64,000 nt of DNA from contig NC_068981.1 of assembly GCF_001194135.2 (NCBI RefSeq), forward strand, positions 125,518,422-125,582,421, read 5' to 3'. Positions 61,821 to 64,000 of the stretch are shown here, piece after piece (position 1 is the first letter of the stretch; every line of letters starts with the position of its first letter). The notes beneath the pieces were generated by a model. It searched no databases. It had not been told where the DNA came from and worked only from the letters and a program-made list of their open reading frames with translations. This stretch comes from Octopus bimaculoides (taxonomy: Eukaryota). The position numbers and the translations under genes were made by a program.

Positions 61821-61944
61821 ACTAGGTCATTGCACCTCTACCGGAGGTATCTATACAAAGGGGAAAATGTAAAAATCATAAATAAAATGAAATAAAAGCA
61901 AGAGTGAAAATTTTCTTAGTAGAGTCAAGCTTATTCTAAATAAT

Positions 61945-62160
61945 TCTTTCTATTATAGACACAAGGCCTGAAATTTTGCAGGAGAGGGTTGGTTAGCTGG
62001 AACTTATTTTATCAATCAGCTGGAAATTATTTTATCAATCCAGAAAGGATTGAAAAGAAAAGTTGACCTCAGTGTGATTTGAACTTAGATAATAAAGACA
62101 AATAAAATGCTGGTAAGCATCTTGTCAAGTGTGCTAACAATTCTGTCACCTCACCACCCG
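61945..62160 (-). mobile_element. SINE family 2
   Basis: 'ttctttctattatagacacaaggcctgaaattttg...aagttgacctcagtgtgatttgaacttag'. Confidence 0.75.
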
Positions 62161-64000
62161 AAGCTTATTTTGAAATAATCCAGAAGTGAGTATAGGAGTC
62201 AAAGCTAAATTAATGCATAGGTGGGATTGTCATTAATGGATAGCATCTGTTATTACTTAATTGATTGTGCTGCAAATAAACATGAACAAGCACTACAAGC
62301 ACTAGCAAAGGAAATAACTTAGCTACAAAATTAGATATAGAACCCATTCTTATAAGTGAAAAAAGATATGTTGAAAAGAAAAATGATAGTGAGAACGTGA
62401 GTTCATTAAGTTTTCAAACAGAAATAACTTAGAAAGAAGATTTTAATAAATCATGCATTCAATGTAATCCTATTAATTCTTTATCTGAGAGGGTTGGAGG
62501 ATTTCAGTTTCAATAGCACAAGAAAATTTTTAAACGAAAATAAAAACTTGTGAAACAAAAAAACTGAGATTAGCATGTCAAGGGTTGGAGGATAAGTTAA
62601 GGTATCAACAAAATAAGAATATTAATGAATGTGATTCTTTGACTGAACTAGATATTGCAAAATAATTCAATTTTGGAGATGTAAAGCTTTCAATTTCTCA
62701 ACTGTAGTGAGATACAAGATGTCATGTTAAATCCATGAGATGCATTAAAAATAATGCTTACAATGCCTATAACTGGGGCTATAGGAGAGAGAAGCTTTAG
62801 TAAGCTAAAACCCATAAAGATATGACACTAGACAGATTAAATTTTTTGGCAATTTTGTCAGTAGAAGATAATATTCTGAAAAAGATAGGAATAGAAAGTT
62901 CTACAAAAACATTTGTAGATCTTAAATTAAAGAAAATTTTTTAATTAAGATAATTTATGTTTTACAATATTTTTTGTTTTTCTTTTTATTCATAAATTCT
63001 AACCTATTAGAAAAAATCTGATAGATCTACAAGTGATCAATGGCATTCTTCTGACTCACCTATCCACTCAATATTTGTAACAAAAGTATGTTAAAATCAT
63101 TAACGACAACATAGATATGGACTATCTCTCTCTTCCAGTTATATTAATGAAACAATTTGAATCTTTGTTTCTGTGTTCAAGCTGTTCACTTTGAGTTACA
63201 TATTGCATGTTTATTTCTACAGTTACCTTTTTCCTCCTTGTAAAAATTTTTAAAAAAATTATACTTGTAAGAGTAGTGAATTTCAGCTTGTTCAGAGTTC
63301 CAGCAACCCCAGTGCAGACCTTAATTTTATAATGCATTTATCAAGTGCAGAAACTTCATGTGTTTCTAAGTGATAGGAAATGCTTTCAACCTGGAATCAA
63401 GAGTAAATTGCAAACTCTGTATGCCTAAGATATATATCACAATTACAAGTATTTTGATACAACCTTGTTAACAAATAGCATCAATATGTCAGAATGTCAG
63501 AACTAAAAGCCAAAGCTATTTCAGATACTGAAGACTGATTATAATTTATTTATTTTATTTTATCTGGCAAAGTTACTTCTTAATCTTAACATTCCCCACC
63601 AAAATAATAAGAAAGAAATCTAAATATGAATGGTAGTTGTGTAGGCAAGCCGATATTCTTATGCCTCATTTTTCATCCACCAAACACTCTTGTGTTATTG
63701 ATATCTGTAGTGGTTCAATATTTCTAGTCTGACATCCTAATCTCCTTCTGAGACGAAAAAAAAACAAAAAAAAACAGTCCCCAGTGCTAGCAGTTGAACT
63801 CATCACTTTAAGCCAACTAAATATACATCATTGTATTTACTGACTACTGGGTAAAAAAAATCAATGAGAGAAAAACTGTAAACTTCTGATCATTCATTGA
63901 GTTAACTAGTATCTACCAGTTGGGGGTCATCTGATTCACAGTGTTAACTAATCACAATTGAATTGAAGAAAACTCACTAGAGAATCATTCAAATATTACT

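Overview
AT-rich, repeat-dominated eukaryotic (non-prokaryotic) DNA with eight N-gaps. The SINE suite and microsatellites resemble those of Octopus genome assemblies (recognition from memory, not tested). No intact multi-exon gene can be reconstructed, and almost all ORF-track entries are microsatellite, gap or AT-bias artefacts. Supportable content: a Tc1 element with perfect 30-bp TIRs and TA TSD; a mariner transposase fragment fused to an RTE LINE 3' end; RTE, CR1-like and L1/Tx1-like fragments; four hAT MITEs with 8-bp TSDs; TTAA-flanked piggyBac-like MITEs; about 50 tRNA-derived or RTE-tailed SINE copies, including a six-copy head-to-tail stack; a decayed initiator tRNA-Met gene; and a CpG-rich island at ~41.9-46.3 kb with weak candidate exons on either side. 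The most interesting signal is a set of Penelope-type minimal hammerhead ribozyme motifs in several unrelated sequence contexts. All share GAAA-[palindrome]-UH, and the clearest case is a ~304-bp near-perfect fold-back carrying one complete hammerhead on each strand (41594-41897).
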